Assembly (NCBI GenBank): GCA_964235605.1
Contig: CAXSCR010000003.1
Span: 112,275-176,274 of the forward strand
Direction of reading: 5' to 3'
Source of the DNA: an uncultured Cyclobacteriaceae bacterium
GTDB taxonomy: Bacteria > Bacteroidota > Bacteroidia > Cytophagales > Cyclobacteriaceae
Length of the DNA stretch: 64,000 nt
Both the position numbers and the translations under genes were made by a program. Shown one piece after another: positions 38,186 through 47,338 of the stretch (the stretch's first letter is position 1; each line of letters begins with the position of its first letter). Under the pieces are notes generated by a model, which searched no databases, was not told where the DNA came from, and was given only the letters and a program-made list of their open reading frames with translations.

Positions 38186-41080
38186 CTACCCACGATAACA
38201 AATCGTTTTATAAGGACAATTTGTACAATGCGCAATATCGGTAGTTTGACTGAAAGGAACTTCAGGGTTGAAGAGCTCTTGTAGCAGTGTCTCCAGGGAC
38301 AATTGAAATTCGGGGAGTAAATGACTTACGCTCTTTAAACGTTCATGGTTTAATTTTAAGCCGAATGGCTCATCTCCGAATAAAGTATTTCTGTTAAAGA
38401 GTCCAGCATTTATTCTTTGATCGGTCGCATATAAATGATTTGCTTTGTAGAGCAGCGCATAATATAAAGTTTGGAAGGCGGCTTTATTTAATTCGCCTTC
38501 TTGAACAAATAGAGATGCAAGTCCGCCTCTAATTTCAACTTTATCTTTACCGGTTTTGTAATCTATTACACGTACATCATCGCCTTTACGATCAATGCGG
38601 TCGATAATACCTTTTATCATTACGGACTGTTTTTTACCCTCAGTAAAGACCGGTAATAAATGGGTAAGGCCGCCACGTTCTACACCTTCAATCTCAAAAG
38701 GTGCATAGGCAACATCCTTTTCTATTATACGATCTGCAAATTGCTTTACAACTTCTCGTACCACAAGACGTTGACCATCGTAGTCAACGGGTTTATCAGG
38801 ATCAAGCTTGTAGGTATCAATGAAAACTTTATCAATCAACTGTGGGATAACTTTTTTATGCTCTTCAAGGTCGGCTGCTTCAAGGAAAGTTTTGCCCGTA
38901 CGTACTTGAATGGTTTCGTAAAAGAATTGCATGACTTGATGTACAAAACTTCCAAGAATCCGCGCATCGAGATCTTCTTCAACCTCTGAAGCTTCTCTGA
39001 TGTTGGCAACATGCCGCATATAAAAGCGAAGTTTGCACTCAAGATAGTCAATAAGGTTGGTGGGATAGAAACCACGACCCGCAGGATGTCCTTGCAAAAA
39101 CATGCGCAGTTTGCTTAAGACCTCTGCATCTTTTATTACTTCAACATTTGTAATTGAATTGGGCTGCACCGGATTATGAAGAATTTTCTTTTTTATATCC
39201 CAACCTGATTCATACAATACCTGCTGTAGATATCGACTCATCTCTCCCTGCCCTAACACATCCGTTTCAGAATTATAGAAAAGGAAAATGTTTTCAGCGC
39301 GTTGCATAACCCGGTAGAACAAATACGCATAAATAGAATCTTGATGTTCTGGGGTTGGTAAGCCGTAGGCTTTCCTAATATTAAAAGGAATATATGACCC
39401 TTTACCTCCGCCTGATGGTAACGCACCTTCATTTAACGAAAGGATAAAAACATTTTTAAAATCAATGTTACGCGTTTCAAGAACCCCCATTACCTGAAGG
39501 CCTTTTAGTGGTTCACCTGTAAATGGAATTTTTTGCGCCCGTACCAGCTGTCGAAAAAGTCGCAGGAAAGATTTTAATGCATCACGCTCAGTAGATTGAA
39601 TAGACTTGCCAGTTATTGCAATTGGATCTTGCGGTTGCTGATCAAGTACCTCTTCTACACGATTTATGAATTTTATGAAATGAAAAGAATATTCTTTATC
39701 GAATTCAGCAATGTTATCAAGCAACCCTATGTGCATTACAATTTGCCGTAGGTATTGGGTAATAGATAAATCGCCTGACGGCGAAAATAATTCTTTAAAG
39801 ATTAGTTGGTGTAAAACACAATCTGATTGTAGCCAATCTGCTGCAATGTAAACTCGGTTGTGTTTATTAATATCTTTACGCTTTTCATTACCAGACCTTG
39901 CATCAGCAGCAACAACATATGGATGACCTAAAATTGCCAGAACCTGACGGTGATTAAATTCACCACTACGCTTATTGATGTGAAGTTCAACAAGTAATTC
40001 TATCAGATTAAAAAGTGGTGTACTACTCAGCGGAAACCCCATAGTAACATTGAGGGTCTCTACACTCGCCGAAATTCCGTGCAACACGGGTAACATGAGT
40101 TTTTCATCAGGCAATACAATCAGCGTTTCTTCAGGAGTGATACCTTTCGCTAATTGTTCCTTCAGTATCTGCGACATTAATTTTGCCTGACCTACGTGTT
40201 GCGCAGCGCCTAATACATGCACTGTTTTCTGGGCTTTGAAGTTAGAAGGAATATCAGACGAGAAAGTCTTACCTAATATGGGGTGTTTTTGATACTCACG
40301 AAAAAATGATCCCGCTTCTTGCGTGTTGTTGTTTACATAATAGGTATCCAGATCCCAATGAACTTCTGCGTTTTGCTCTGTAACAAAAAAAGAAACTATC
40401 TCCTCCTCTGCTTTGGTGAACGCATTAAATCCTACAAAATGAAGTTTATCTTCTGCCTTATAAGGCGATTTAATTTTTCTAGAAACAATGCCTTCCGCGA
40501 CTGCGCGATGCAACATGCCTTCATATGCGTGTCCTTCTTGTGCTAATTGCTTTTTAAATTCAAGATATACATCCGGAAGTTGTCTCCACAAGTGAAGGAA
40601 TTTCTTCTTGTTGGTAGATGAGTGCTCATCAAAATTGTTCCAGAAACTTTTTAAGAACTCAAGTTGCTCAGGCGTTAGAAAATCAAAGCTGGAATCTATT
40701 TCCTTTTGATGACTGAGGTCTTTAAATAATTGAGATGCATTAGCCATGTATTTATCGATCTCATCAAAATCGCGGAGCAACATTTCGCCCCAGAAATAAA
40801 ATTGATCGAATGATTCATCGCTACTAACAACATATTGATAAGCTTTATAAAGCCTGTGAATCAAACCAAGTTTATCGGGTACAACCCAATGAGAAAATTG
40901 ACTTATGAAATCTTCAATGGTAATTAATCGCGGTGAAAAAGCAGGTTTACTAATTAAGCTGCTTACATGCTTTCTAAAATATAAAGCAGCTCTGCGGTTA
41001 GGGAATACCAGTGTATGTAAATTTAATGGAATATGGGTGTCACGAATTTTTTCCGCAAGTTCCAATAAGAAAGGTTTCAT
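38186..41080 (-). CDS. PD-(D/E)XK nuclease family protein, AddB-like, with C-terminal Fe-S cysteine motif
   Basis: 964 aa. Nuclease motif GIIDRIDRKGDDVRVIDYKTGK. C-terminal CTNCPYKTIC (CX2CX5C) plus an upstream Cys (DYLECKLRFY), as in AddB-type nucleases. Confidence 0.8.
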   Translation of the reverse strand: MKPFLLELAEKIRDTHIPLNLHTLVFPNRRAALYFRKHVSSLISKPAFSPRLITIEDFISQFSHWVVPDKLGLIHRLYKAYQYVVSSDESFDQFYFWGEMLLRDFDEIDKYMANASQLFKDLSHQKEIDSSFDFLTPEQLEFLKSFWNNFDEHSSTNKKKFLHLWRQLPDVYLEFKKQLAQEGHAYEGMLHRAVAEGIVSRKIKSPYKAEDKLHFVGFNAFTKAEEEIVSFFVTEQNAEVHWDLDTYYVNNNTQEAGSFFREYQKHPILGKTFSSDIPSNFKAQKTVHVLGAAQHVGQAKLMSQILKEQLAKGITPEETLIVLPDEKLMLPVLHGISASVETLNVTMGFPLSSTPLFNLIELLVELHINKRSGEFNHRQVLAILGHPYVVAADARSGNEKRKDINKHNRVYIAADWLQSDCVLHQLIFKELFSPSGDLSITQYLRQIVMHIGLLDNIAEFDKEYSFHFIKFINRVEEVLDQQPQDPIAITGKSIQSTERDALKSFLRLFRQLVRAQKIPFTGEPLKGLQVMGVLETRNIDFKNVFILSLNEGALPSGGGKGSYIPFNIRKAYGLPTPEHQDSIYAYLFYRVMQRAENIFLFYNSETDVLGQGEMSRYLQQVLYESGWDIKKKILHNPVQPNSITNVEVIKDAEVLSKLRMFLQGHPAGRGFYPTNLIDYLECKLRFYMRHVANIREASEVEEDLDARILGSFVHQVMQFFYETIQVRTGKTFLEAADLEEHKKVIPQLIDKVFIDTYKLDPDKPVDYDGQRLVVREVVKQFADRIIEKDVAYAPFEIEGVERGGLTHLLPVFTEGKKQSVMIKGIIDRIDRKGDDVRVIDYKTGKDKVEIRGGLASLFVQEGELNKAAFQTLYYALLYKANHLYATDQRINAGLFNRNTLFGDEPFGLKLNHERLKSVSHLLPEFQLSLETLLQELFNPEVPFSQTTDIAHCTNCPYKTICYRG

Positions 41081-41147
41081 TCTTTATCTATGCTTTAATC
41101 ATTAAATATACACCGGCGCTAAAACAATCGTTCAGCGTTAGGTATCA

Positions 41148-41180
41148 TAAAAAAAGCCGAGGCTAATCACTTCGGCTTTT
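41148..41180 (-). terminator. Rho-independent terminator after the DUF2911 gene
   Basis: Hairpin GCCGAGG-N7-CTTCGGC flanked by an A-run (plus strand), which is a T-run on the minus strand. It lies 20 nt downstream of the stop at 41200. Confidence 0.65.
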
Positions 41181-41199
41181 GTTATAACTAAATTTCTTT

Positions 41200-41712
41200 C
41201 TAATTCACTTTAAAAGCGACAGCTGTGTCTTCCCACTTTAATTCTAACGCGTCTTTTCCAACGGTGATGGTAAAGGTTTCAACAAAAGCACTGGTTTTAG
41301 TTGGTTTAACATTTACACGAAGCACATCATTTGCCTGTTTGTAACTATAAGCACCCCATTGCTTGCCATATTTTTGAAAGATGATGGTCCACTCAGCTTC
41401 TCCTGGAATTGTAAAGAGTTCATATTTTCCTGCTGGAAGATCTTTGCCTTCAATCTTTACTGCTTTATCGAATTCTATTGTGGTAGCTTCATTGGCACCT
41501 GTGCGCCATACTTCGCCGAAAGGTTCTTTGCCACCAATCATTTTTCTACCTCTTGCCGAAGGTGCAGAATAATCAACTTTAACTCTTACATCGCCAATAA
41601 TTCCTTCTGCGGTAGCAGGTGGACTGGGACGTTTACTTGCATCTTTTTGAGCTAGCGCGTTAAATGATAGTGAAGTGGCAATAAAAAATAAAAGGAAAGC
41701 GTATCGTTTCAT
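41200..41712 (-). CDS. DUF2911 domain-containing secreted protein
   Basis: Signal peptide present. Family-typical VKVDYSAPSARGRKMIGGKEPFGEVWRTGANEAT and LPAGKYELFTIPGEAEWTIIF. Confidence 0.75.
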   Translation of the reverse strand: MKRYAFLLFFIATSLSFNALAQKDASKRPSPPATAEGIIGDVRVKVDYSAPSARGRKMIGGKEPFGEVWRTGANEATTIEFDKAVKIEGKDLPAGKYELFTIPGEAEWTIIFQKYGKQWGAYSYKQANDVLRVNVKPTKTSAFVETFTITVGKDALELKWEDTAVAFKVN

Positions 41713-41889
41713 ATTATTTGATTTTATACGGTTTGTATACGGGTTTGTATACGTAAATGCCCCCGGTTGACCGGAGGCATTTAGAAAATATTTAAAAATT
41801 ACCTGTAAACTACCTTTCTAACGATATTACCTGCAATTTGGTTTGACAGATTCACATTAAATTTTATTCTTGAAAAATTGAGCTTGAAA

Positions 41890-43221
41890 TTATTTTCCTA
41901 ATTGAGTTAATGCTGACATCGCACGTTTTCCGCCTCCCATTTTATTCATTGTTTTCATTAACTTCCGCATATCTCCAAACTGTTTAAGTAATTGGTTTAC
42001 TTCCTGTATGGTACGGCCGCTGCCTTTTGCAATGCGGGTTTTACGACTTGCATTAATTAGATCAGGATTTTCACGCTCAGCAAAAGTCATTGATCTGATA
42101 ATCGCTTCGATGGGTTTAAATGAATTATCGTCGATGTCAGCACCTTTTAAGGCTTTGCCCATTCCAGGTATCATGCCTAAAAGATCTTTCATGTTACCCA
42201 TTTTCTTTACTTGTTGTAACTGGGAAAGAAAATCATTGAAGTCGAATTGATTTTTGCGAATCTTCTTATTCAGTCTAGCTGCTTCATCTTCATCAAAAGC
42301 TTGTTGTGCTCTTTCTACCAATGAAATCACGTCACCCATTCCGAGAATCCGGCTCGCCATACGATCAGGATAGAACCGATCGATAGCTTCCATCTTTTCG
42401 CCCAAACTCATAAACTTAATCGGCTTGTCGACTACCCTACGAATAGAGAGCGCAGCTCCACCACGTGTATCACCATCAAGTTTGGTAAGTACTACGCCAT
42501 CGAAGTTTAAGCGATCATTGAAAGCCTTGGCTGTGTTCACGGCATCTTGACCAGTCATTGAATCGACTACAAATAATGTTTCTGATGGCTTCAAGGCCTC
42601 TTTAAGGCGCGCAATTTCATCCATCATGTGTTCGTCTACAGCAAGACGACCGGCAGTATCAACAATAACGACTTTGTAATTATTTTTCTTGGCATACTCA
42701 ATAGCCGCTTTCGCGATTTTTACAGCATCATTATTATCAGGTTCAGCATAAACTTCAACGCCTATTTGTTCTCCCAATACTTTTAATTGGTCAATAGCAG
42801 CAGGACGATAAATGTCACAGGCCGTGAGCAGAACTTGTCGGCCTTGTCTCTTTATATAATTAGCAAGTTTACCAGAGAATGTAGTTTTACCCGAACCTTG
42901 TAAACCCGCAATCAAAATAACAGCCGGGCTGCCTTCAATTACTATGTCTTCTGATTGCCCGCCCATCAAGGCTGTAAGCTCATCGCTGGTTATTTTTACG
43001 AGCAACTGTCCTGGGGAAATGGCCGTGAGTACATCTTGGCCCATGGCTTTCTCCTTAATCTCATCGGTTACTTCTTTAGCAACCTTGTAGTTAACATCAG
43101 CGTCAATAAGTGCTTTCCGAATTTCCTTTATGGTAGTCGCTACGTTGATTTCACTTATTCTTCCCTGGCCTTTAAGGTTCTGAAAGGCCTTTTCTAACTT
43201 TACACTTAAACTATCGAACAT
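41890..43221 (-). CDS. ffh: Signal recognition particle protein Ffh
   Basis: NG domain motifs GLQGSGKTT, DTAGR and TKLDGD. The M domain is Met-rich. Confidence 0.95.
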   Translation of the reverse strand: MFDSLSVKLEKAFQNLKGQGRISEINVATTIKEIRKALIDADVNYKVAKEVTDEIKEKAMGQDVLTAISPGQLLVKITSDELTALMGGQSEDIVIEGSPAVILIAGLQGSGKTTFSGKLANYIKRQGRQVLLTACDIYRPAAIDQLKVLGEQIGVEVYAEPDNNDAVKIAKAAIEYAKKNNYKVVIVDTAGRLAVDEHMMDEIARLKEALKPSETLFVVDSMTGQDAVNTAKAFNDRLNFDGVVLTKLDGDTRGGAALSIRRVVDKPIKFMSLGEKMEAIDRFYPDRMASRILGMGDVISLVERAQQAFDEDEAARLNKKIRKNQFDFNDFLSQLQQVKKMGNMKDLLGMIPGMGKALKGADIDDNSFKPIEAIIRSMTFAERENPDLINASRKTRIAKGSGRTIQEVNQLLKQFGDMRKLMKTMNKMGGGKRAMSALTQLGK

Positions 43222-43292
43222 GTTATTTTTATTTAATCAACAGAAAACCTGACAAACTTAGCTCTCAAACTTTTTCAAAATTACGCATTTTC

Positions 43293-44486
43293 TTAAAGAC
43301 GGAAAGAAATTAATGGAAAGGCTTCTCCCGCCCGAAATATTGAATTTTCAAGCGGCAGTTCGAGGAAGCCATCTACATTTTTAAGGTTAGCGAAATCACC
43401 AGATCCGCCACCTGCATCTGGATATGCTAAAAGCTTGCCGCCTTCATTTACAACCCTGACTTGCGCAAAATAAGTTAGGGGAGGTTTAAACGAAAAATCT
43501 TCGGCTAGAATTGCAAAATTGGGCCTTGCTTTAACGCCTAAACTTTTCCATAGCCAAGGCATAATGTATTTATAAAAACACATGTATGTGGAAACCGGAT
43601 TCCCCGGAAGGGCAAAACAAATTTTATGATCATCTGAAGAGCCAAACCAAAACGGCTTTCCTGGCCGCTGACTCACTTGGTGAAAGTGTTTCTTGATACC
43701 GATGTCTTCAAGCACTTTTGGGATAAAATCAAACTTTCCTTTCGAGACGCCCCCCGATACAATGATCACATCATACGTTTCTTTAATCTTGGTCAACGAA
43801 AGCTTTAAGATCTTTTCGTCGTCGGGCAGATGATATTGCGTGCTCTCCCACCCTACGGATTTCATGGCAGACTGAAGTGCATACGTGTTTGACCGTCTGA
43901 TTTGATGGGTCGCGGGCTGCGTGGTAATATCTACCAACTCATCACCACTCGCTACAATGGCGGTTTTAGGAAATTGAAAAGTACCTACTCTACTTTTGCC
44001 GACCGAAGCTAGCACGGCAACTTCCGCAGGGGAAATGACTATTCCGGGTTCAAGTAAAACATTTCCTAAACTAACATCTTGACCCTGCCGGTGAACATTT
44101 TGACCTAACGCAATCTGCTCCAATATTACTTTTGCACGGCCACCTTCAATCTTAATATCTTCATATCGAATTATTGTATCTGTACCTAGCGGCAACATGG
44201 CGCCGGTCATTATCTCAAGACAATTATTAAGATTAGATAATTTCTTTTCAGGCTCACCGGCAGCTTGAATGGCCTCAATTAAAAATTCCCTTTGTCCATT
44301 GCGCCAAGATTCATAGTTTACAGCAATGCCATCCATGGCTACTCTATTGAATGGGGGGAAATCGCGATCAGCGTGAATCACCTCGGCTAGTACTTTACCT
44401 ACAACCTGCTCTATATCTAATGAGACAATTTTTGGTTTGAAAAGATTAGCAGATATAATCGTTGAAGCTTCGGCAATACTTACCAT
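43293..44486 (-). CDS. moeA: Molybdopterin molybdotransferase MoeA
   Basis: Contains NRVAMDGIAV and SGGVSKGKFDF motifs. Length is 397 aa. Confidence 0.9.
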   Translation of the reverse strand: MVSIAEASTIISANLFKPKIVSLDIEQVVGKVLAEVIHADRDFPPFNRVAMDGIAVNYESWRNGQREFLIEAIQAAGEPEKKLSNLNNCLEIMTGAMLPLGTDTIIRYEDIKIEGGRAKVILEQIALGQNVHRQGQDVSLGNVLLEPGIVISPAEVAVLASVGKSRVGTFQFPKTAIVASGDELVDITTQPATHQIRRSNTYALQSAMKSVGWESTQYHLPDDEKILKLSLTKIKETYDVIIVSGGVSKGKFDFIPKVLEDIGIKKHFHQVSQRPGKPFWFGSSDDHKICFALPGNPVSTYMCFYKYIMPWLWKSLGVKARPNFAILAEDFSFKPPLTYFAQVRVVNEGGKLLAYPDAGGGSGDFANLKNVDGFLELPLENSIFRAGEAFPLISFRL

Positions 44487-44564
44487 GTTTAAATATTTAT
44501 AACTTTGATTAACTTAAGTGTTCCCGAAAGTTCGAAACTTTAAGAAGCTTTTTAATAATTTTAA

Positions 44565-45053
44565 ATGAAAAGAGAAGAAAAGCTGTCGCACGTAGATGAA
44601 TCAGGCAACCCTCAAATGGTTGATGTATCAGATAAGCAGGTTACAAAACGTGTTGCACGGGCTAGAGCCATTGTAAATGTTGGTGCCGAAATTCTCAGTC
44701 AGCTTAAAGACAATGAGATAATTACCAAAAAGGGGCCCGTATTTCAAACCGCCATTATAGCCGGTGTGATGGGTGCGAAGAAGACATCCGATCTCATTCC
44801 CTTTTGCCATCCCATTGGTCTGGAAGATTGTCAGATTAAAATTTCCGTAAAGGAAAATAAGATACACATTAATAGTAACGCCATCATTACTTCAAAAACT
44901 GGCGTAGAGATGGAAGCACTCACGGCCGCTTCAATAGCAGCGCTCACCATTTACGACATGTGCAAGGCGCTTTCTCATGATATTGTGATAGAGGAAATCA
45001 CGCTTATGGAAAAAACTGGCGGAAAAAAAGATTTTAAACGAACTAACGAATGA
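44565..45053 (+). CDS. moaC: Cyclic pyranopterin monophosphate synthase MoaC
   Basis: Contains LSHVDESGNPQMVDVSDKQVTKRVARA and a GVEMEALTAASIAALTIYDMCKA signature. Confidence 0.9.
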   Translation: MKREEKLSHVDESGNPQMVDVSDKQVTKRVARARAIVNVGAEILSQLKDNEIITKKGPVFQTAIIAGVMGAKKTSDLIPFCHPIGLEDCQIKISVKENKIHINSNAIITSKTGVEMEALTAASIAALTIYDMCKALSHDIVIEEITLMEKTGGKKDFKRTNE

Positions 45054-45841
45054 CCTTACGAAGGCGACTGTACCTTACGTTCGAGCCACATGAGAGAGGC
45101 GGGCTCATTGAACGGATCTTTGAAATTGTGCTGGTCATTATTATCCTTTTAAACATTTTGGCCATTGTCATTAACTCCATAAAAAGCATTCATAACACGT
45201 ATGCAGAGTTGTTCTGGAACTTTGCGAAGTTCTCCGTGATCTTTTTTACAGTCGAATACTTTGCCCGCCTTTATAGCGTCGTAGAAAATCCAATCTATGC
45301 CGATCCTATTTACGAAAGATTAAAATACAGCCTGTCACCTTTATCTATTATTGATGTGCTTTCATTTTTACCTTTTTATCTCACTTTCCTTCCCATTGAT
45401 CTTCGGTTTTTAAGAATATTTAGGTTGATGGCTTTGTTTCGGATGTTTAAGATCGCCCGCTACCTCCATGCCTTAAACATCTTTAAACGTGTTCTTGCTG
45501 ATCGTAAAGAGCAACTCATCCTAAGTCTTGTCTTCTTACTTTTTGTTCTCATTTTTATTTCCTTCGTCATGTTTTACGTAGAGCATGACGCGCAGCCAGA
45601 GGTTTTTAGTAGTATTCCAGCAACGATGTGGTGGGGGATTGCTACGATTACTACGGTGGGTTATGGCGATATAGTACCCATTACCACAGTAGGTAAATTT
45701 CTTGGCGGCCTTTTCGCCATCGCGGGCATCGGGTTACTCGCGCTACCTGCTGGTATTCTTTCTTCCGGATTTTTCGAAATGATTCATACAAAGCACCGAG
45801 AGCAGAAATGTCCACACTGCGGAAAAGATATTCATGAGTAA
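45050..45841 (+). CDS. 6TM voltage-gated K+ channel family protein
   Basis: S4-like LRFLRIFRLMALFRMFKIARYL with basic residues recurring mostly every third position. K+ selectivity filter TTVGYGD. C-terminal CPHCG. The start overlaps the moaC stop (ATGA) and the stop overlaps the mobA start by 8 nt. Confidence 0.85.
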   Translation: MTLRRRLYLTFEPHERGGLIERIFEIVLVIIILLNILAIVINSIKSIHNTYAELFWNFAKFSVIFFTVEYFARLYSVVENPIYADPIYERLKYSLSPLSIIDVLSFLPFYLTFLPIDLRFLRIFRLMALFRMFKIARYLHALNIFKRVLADRKEQLILSLVFLLFVLIFISFVMFYVEHDAQPEVFSSIPATMWWGIATITTVGYGDIVPITTVGKFLGGLFAIAGIGLLALPAGILSSGFFEMIHTKHREQKCPHCGKDIHE

Positions 45842-46466
45842 TGTGATGGTCCTCAGTCCACAGTCGACGGTCCACGGTGGGGAAATTTTGGGGCTTGTTT
45901 TGGCAGGGGGAAGAAGTAGTAGAATGGGGCGTGATAAAAGTTTGATTGAATATCATGGAAAACCTCAGGTGGATTATTTGGCAGAATTGCTTGCGTCATT
46001 TTGTAATCAAGTGTTTATCTCTTGTAAGCAAACTGAACAGATGCCTGCTGGTTTGAATTATCTATTCGATCAATTTCCAATGGATAGTCCTTTGAATGGC
46101 GTGCTAAGTGCTTTCAATTTTAACAGCAACGCCGCTTGGCTTACCGTGCCTGTCGATATGCCGCTTATTGATTCGAAGACCATTGCATTCCTCATCCTTA
46201 ACCGCGATGCTTCTAAGGCTGCAACTTGCTTCCTGGACTCTGACGGAAAAAACCCAGAGCCGTTGTTCACTTTGTGGGAACCGAAAGCTTTTAAACTTCT
46301 ATCAGACTTCTATAATTCAGGCAAGGTGAGTCCGCGTTATTTTTTAAAACAGGCAGATGTAAAGTTGCTAACTGTACCCAACTTAAACGTGTTAACGAAC
46401 ATCAATTCGGTCGATGAACTTAAAAAGTTTATCGACCATCGAACCGTTGATAGAGACAACTCATAG
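45834..46466 (+). CDS. mobA: Molybdenum cofactor guanylyltransferase MobA
   Basis: N-terminal GLVLAGGRSSRMGRDKSL motif. Confidence 0.8.
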   Translation: MSNVMVLSPQSTVHGGEILGLVLAGGRSSRMGRDKSLIEYHGKPQVDYLAELLASFCNQVFISCKQTEQMPAGLNYLFDQFPMDSPLNGVLSAFNFNSNAAWLTVPVDMPLIDSKTIAFLILNRDASKAATCFLDSDGKNPEPLFTLWEPKAFKLLSDFYNSGKVSPRYFLKQADVKLLTVPNLNVLTNINSVDELKKFIDHRTVDRDNS

Positions 46467-46557
46467 TTTGAAAATATATTTTCATCGTAGATAGGAAACC
46501 GATATTATATATCATTACCCCTGCTATATTTGTAGTGTCTTAAACACAAGGGGCTCA

Positions 46558-46698
46558 ATGAAAACATTTTCAAAATATTTCCTTCCGGAAATTTTAAATA
46601 ACTCAATCAACCGAGATTTGATTCTGATTTTTATAATCGGACTCTTCGCTGCCGTAACGTTGGTATCTGCGGCTGTTATCATTCTACATCAATTATAA
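46558..46698 (+). CDS. Candidate small membrane protein (46 aa)
   Basis: Own translation: MKTFSKYFLPEILNNSINRDLILIFIIGLFAAVTLVSAAVIILHQL*. One TM segment. It is below the ORF-track length cutoff and has no other support. Confidence 0.25.
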   Translation: MKTFSKYFLPEILNNSINRDLILIFIIGLFAAVTLVSAAVIILHQL

Positions 46699-46718
46699 TA
46701 ACTGATTGGTGTGTAAGT

Positions 46719-47129
46719 TCAGTGCGCTGATATCCACTCTTCACCTTCTTCAAAAACTTCTTTCTTCCAAATAGGGGCTTTTGCTTTAAGTGTATCAATA
46801 ACAAATTGACACGCTTCAAAGGAGGCCTTTCTATGTGCTGTGGAAATTGCTACCACTACAGAAACTTCACCGGGCTTTAAATGACCGATACGGTGACATA
46901 TTGCCCATCCCTTAACCATCCATCGTTGGAGTGCTTCGTCTACTATTTTTTGAATTTCAGATACGGCCATTGATTCATAGGCCTCATATTCTAGCCTTAC
47001 AACACCTTTACCCGAAGCGGCAGCATTTCTTACCGTACCAATGAATACATTAACAGCTCCGGCTTCAGGGTGGCCGGCTTCTTTGATGACCTGTTGAACG
47101 TCAATTGGCTGGGGGGTTATGGTTATCAT
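46719..47129 (-). CDS. moaE: Molybdopterin synthase catalytic subunit MoaE
   Basis: Contains FIGTVRN, LEYEAYESMA, HRIGHLKPGEVSVVVAISTAHRKASFEA and PIWKKE. Confidence 0.9.
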   Translation of the reverse strand: MITITPQPIDVQQVIKEAGHPEAGAVNVFIGTVRNAAASGKGVVRLEYEAYESMAVSEIQKIVDEALQRWMVKGWAICHRIGHLKPGEVSVVVAISTAHRKASFEACQFVIDTLKAKAPIWKKEVFEEGEEWISAH

Positions 47130-47228
47130 TGTTGTTAATTGCTATCCGTTAATTGTTATCCGTTAATTGTTAATGTTAATCGTTAATAATCGTTAATCGT
47201 TATCAGTTAATTGTTGTCTGTTAATGTG
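47130..47228. repeat. Solitary degenerate heptad (GTTAATn) repeat tract immediately 5' of moaE
   Basis: Sequence is TGTTGTTAATTGCTATCCGTTAATTGTTATCCGTTAATTGTTAATGTTAATCGTTAATAATCGTTAATCGTTATCAGTTAATTGTTGTCTGTTAATGTG. It has the same motif family as the nuo junctions. No complementary arm was seen before dnaA. Confidence 0.85.
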
Positions 47229-47338
47229 AAAACTTGGTCTGCCTATAGAAATGGTTGGGATAGAGATTAAGTTTTGGGTGATTAGTCTCAAATTGATCTA
47301 AAATGAAATGGGGATTGCTACGCTTTTTTGAAAGAAAA

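Noticed and set aside
44487-44564. Molybdenum-cofactor riboswitch upstream of moaC, and a cobalamin riboswitch upstream of mutA.
   Set aside because: The moaC leader is only 78 nt, too short for the roughly 130-nt Moco motif. Neither leader shows the conserved boxes I know, such as the B12 box GCCACTG.
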